Under the pieces are notes generated by a model. The model had not been told where the DNA came from, made no database searches, and saw nothing but the letters and a program-made list of their open reading frames with translations. 64,000 nucleotides of DNA. It comes from an uncultured Candidatus Binatia bacterium (GTDB taxonomy: Bacteria; Desulfobacterota; Binatia; UBA9968; JAJDTQ01). Shown here one piece after another: positions 61,519 to 64,000 of this stretch (position 1 is its first letter; every line of letters begins with the position of its first letter). The DNA is taken from NCBI GenBank assembly GCA_964291295.2, contig OZ219754.1:448001-512000 (forward strand). The letters are read 5' to 3'. A program made the position numbers and the translations under genes.

Positions 61519-62387
61519 ATGCCCTTGACGGACGAGGACGAACAGGAGATCGATCAAGCTCTCCAGGCTTGGCGTCAGGGAGATGTCTCGCTGGACGCCG
61601 ACTTGGAATTTCTTCATGTCGCCGATCTTTCGCGTCCGCATAGTCCGGCTTCCGTTCAGGTGGCTGACGCGCCAGCGGCAGACGGAGAGGTCATAGAGGG
61701 CGGGGCTGCGGCCATACTGGACGAAGTGCGTGGCGTGGTGATGCTCAGCCAGACCTCGATATCGTTCGCGGCTGCCGCACCCGGCCATTCCTTGAGGTTG
61801 CGCCCTTGGTCGAGGTGGATGAGCATCGGATGGAAGAGGTCCGTCGCCTCAAGCGGCCTGCGTTTGCTTGTATCCCCAAACTCTCCGACCAACGACTTGT
61901 TGCCGACCTCGACCGCGTCATGACCGTCGAAAAGGCCGTGGTCGCCGGTTGGGCACGTACTGCTGGCTGGGAGACAGATATCGAGGTGCGAGAGTTCGCC
62001 CGAGCTCTTGCTCGAAAGAAATCCCGGTTCGCGTTTCCCGACGACTTCGTTGCAGCAGCCCGGAGCTTTCAGGCCCACTTGGTCGACAGGCACAACAAAC
62101 AGACCGAAGAGGGCGCATATCTCCGGGCGCTTGGCGAAATCCGAGTACGCGCCGCGCCATCTTGGGACGACAAAGACGTTCAGTCAAGCTGGTGGTTCAT
62201 CAAGGATGCAGACCCGGTGGGCGTGCCGGTGGATTGGCCTGCATTGCTCGACCAATGGCTTGCCCTCTTCGACCAGACCGGTCGGTTCCGGCTCGATCCA
62301 CCGATTGCCTGCCGGCTAGAGGACATGACAGCGCGTGATTACATCGAGAGTGATCGTCTCGATCTTGACCGTCTGTCTGCCGCCTGA
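61519..62387 (+). pseudogene. Frameshifted hypothetical protein, possible PemK/MazF-like toxin
   Basis: Restoring one base at ~61756 joins WRQGDV...VVMLSQT(C)DIVR..RPFLEVAPLV...ADLDRVMTVEK...RFAFPDDF into ~289 aa. Confidence 0.65.
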
Positions 62388-62741
62388 ACAGCACGGCGCT
62401 CACGACAGGAAAATTTCCTCCTATCGCAGCAGGTATGGCGAAGATCGTGTAGCCTCAAACGTCCATTGCCGGGCGGGTCAGCCAACCCGTATCATGAAAA
62501 CAGGTGCCGGGCGCGCGGGATTTCGGGCTTATACGGGGTTGCCTACCGGTCACGGGCCGCAAGACGGGCGCCGCAGACGGCGAGTATCGGACGCCTCGTG
62601 GACGGAATCCTGTGAGGTGAGGAATTCGCGTACAAGTTTGGGTTTCCGATGGGTTATACTGTCGACGGCGTGCCGACTGGGGACGATTGGGTTCCTCAAT
62701 CTCCTTGGATTACTCGATATTCAATCAGCCAATGCAATCGC

Positions 62742-62810
62742 TCAAGAGAAAGCCCAGAGCCGGGCCTCGAACCCGAGGTTGGCGCTGTTGTTGTCCGCTT
62801 GCTTTGCCAT
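62742..62810 (-). pseudogene. N-terminal stub of type I R-M HsdM
   Basis: MAKQADNNSANLGFEARLWAFS*; ANLGFEaxLW is a typical HsdM N-terminus. Confidence 0.5.
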
Positions 62811-63023
62811 GCGGTCCCTGACCGTTACTTTCCGACGGAGGCGCAGTTTGCCTGGTCGGCTCCATGAACGCCACGTTGGTCCTGTCCGACGCAGGCCGAT
62901 ATTCGGCAGTAGGCCATGTCGATGTTCTCAGGCAGTCGACGCTGCACGGCAGATCAGCATTATACGGGTCATGGGGGCCGGATGGGTCCATGTCGCCCGA
63001 TTCGCCGTCCAGTCAACGGACGG

Positions 63024-64000
63024 TCACAACCAGTCCAGGGGCGGGCGTCCGGTCGGCGCATCCGGGTCACCATCCAACTCTATGCCGTCCGTCCGCACAG
63101 TCCCCTCGGGTCTCACGCAAAGGGGCATTCGCTCTCCCTCGGGTGGGAGGGACGGCCCGCCGGTGAACGAGAACTCGAGCATCGCGGCCAACATATCACC
63201 CTGCTCCGCCTCGTCCGGCATTGGAGGCGCCTCGGTCTTGTACCCCCTGGCTCGCGTGATGACGGCAGCGGCCGGCGTGGCGGCTGCCTGCAGTGGGCCG
63301 TCGTCGAGGTGGGCATAGATCGCGGTGGTCTCTCGCTGGCGGTGTCCGAGCAGCCGTCCGACGGTGCTGAGCCCGACGCCGTTCATGACGCCATGGGAGG
63401 CCCAGGTGTGGCAGCAGTCGTGGATACGAAGACCCGGAAGCCCCGCCTCTTCGCGGATACGAACCCAGAAGGTGTAGAGCCTTGCGGTCGTGAGGTCGTC
63501 GGGAAACACCCGCTCCCGGCCATCCGGCCGTAGCAGCGCCTCGACCAGCCTTGCCGCTTCCGGCCCGAGCCAGATGCTGCGGGGGCCGGTCCTGGAATCT
63601 TCGATGCGCGCGCTCGCGCCGTCTCCGGTCAGCTCTCCGATCTCGTCCCACCTGAGATTGATGACTTCGGAGAGCCGTGCTCCGGTCAGGGCCAGCAGCC
63701 GGATCGCCGCGACCGGCCAAGAGTGCTCTTTCCGGTGCCGGTCGAGCACCGCGCCGAGACGCTCCAACTCTTCGCGGCTGAGATAACGCGCGACAGGCTT
63801 GCGGGGGTTCTTCACGATGTTGGCGCAGGCGTCTGGGACGTGCTCGCCGAGGTCGCCCCACCGGCGGGCGGTTCTGAGCATGGCGCGCAGTATCTCGAAG
63901 GCGCGGTTGGCCGCGCCGGGCCTGTCCGCGCTGGCGGCGTCGAACCTCGCCGAGACCCGCGCAGGGTCGATGGCGTCGAGCCGGAGCCTGCCGAAATGCG
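63024..64000 (-). CDS. Tyrosine recombinase/phage-type integrase, 5' end beyond the window, possibly inactive
   Basis: ANRAFEILRAML, LTGARLSE, IHDCCHT (HxxR Arg replaced by Cys), LLGH, IYAH. Confidence 0.88.
   Translation of the reverse strand, partial: HFGRLRLDAIDPARVSARFDAASADRPGAANRAFEILRAMLRTARRWGDLGEHVPDACANIVKNPRKPVARYLSREELERLGAVLDRHRKEHSWPVAAIRLLALTGARLSEVINLRWDEIGELTGDGASARIEDSRTGPRSIWLGPEAARLVEALLRPDGRERVFPDDLTTARLYTFWVRIREEAGLPGLRIHDCCHTWASHGVMNGVGLSTVGRLLGHRQRETTAIYAHLDDGPLQAAATPAAAVITRARGYKTEAPPMPDEAEQGDMLAAMLEFSFTGGPSLPPEGERMPLCVRPEGTVRTDGIELDGDPDAPTGRPPLDWL

Overview
High-GC bacterial window alternating defence/mobile islands with metabolic genes. From left to right: (1) 1-1.8 kb, a cluster of pseudogenes (hicB, DUF3800-like, Rpn-like, integrase, IS5). 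(2) 1.9-13.5 kb, a complete type I-E CRISPR-Cas locus. A MITE-like element lies between cas3 and cas8e, and an IS630 splits the last spacer of the 22-repeat array. (3) 13.5-32.4 kb, nnrS, a DMT transporter, a molybdo-hydroxylase / acyl-CoA ligase / enolase-superfamily / hydrolase operon, an RTX-repeat protein, an M20 amidohydrolase, and grdC-grdA (GrdA has an in-frame UGA, probably selenocysteine). (4) 32.5-45.9 kb, a DUF499-small protein-DUF1156 methylase-PLD/SNF2 restriction-like defence operon with two accessory cassettes nested inside and a C17 tract in the methylase. (5) 46-59.6 kb, an FMN oxidase, a TetR regulator, a second giant RTX protein with a G16 tract between its -35 and -10 boxes, an ABC exporter pair and TauE/SafE. 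(6) 60-64 kb, a TIGR04255-HTH-frameshifted toxin-like operon, an hsdM stub and a tyrosine integrase running off the edge. The most notable observations are two candidate phase-variation switches and two parallel three-gene modules led by TIGR04255-like genes. No rRNA or tRNA was recognised. All family calls are from motif recognition by eye, not database searches.
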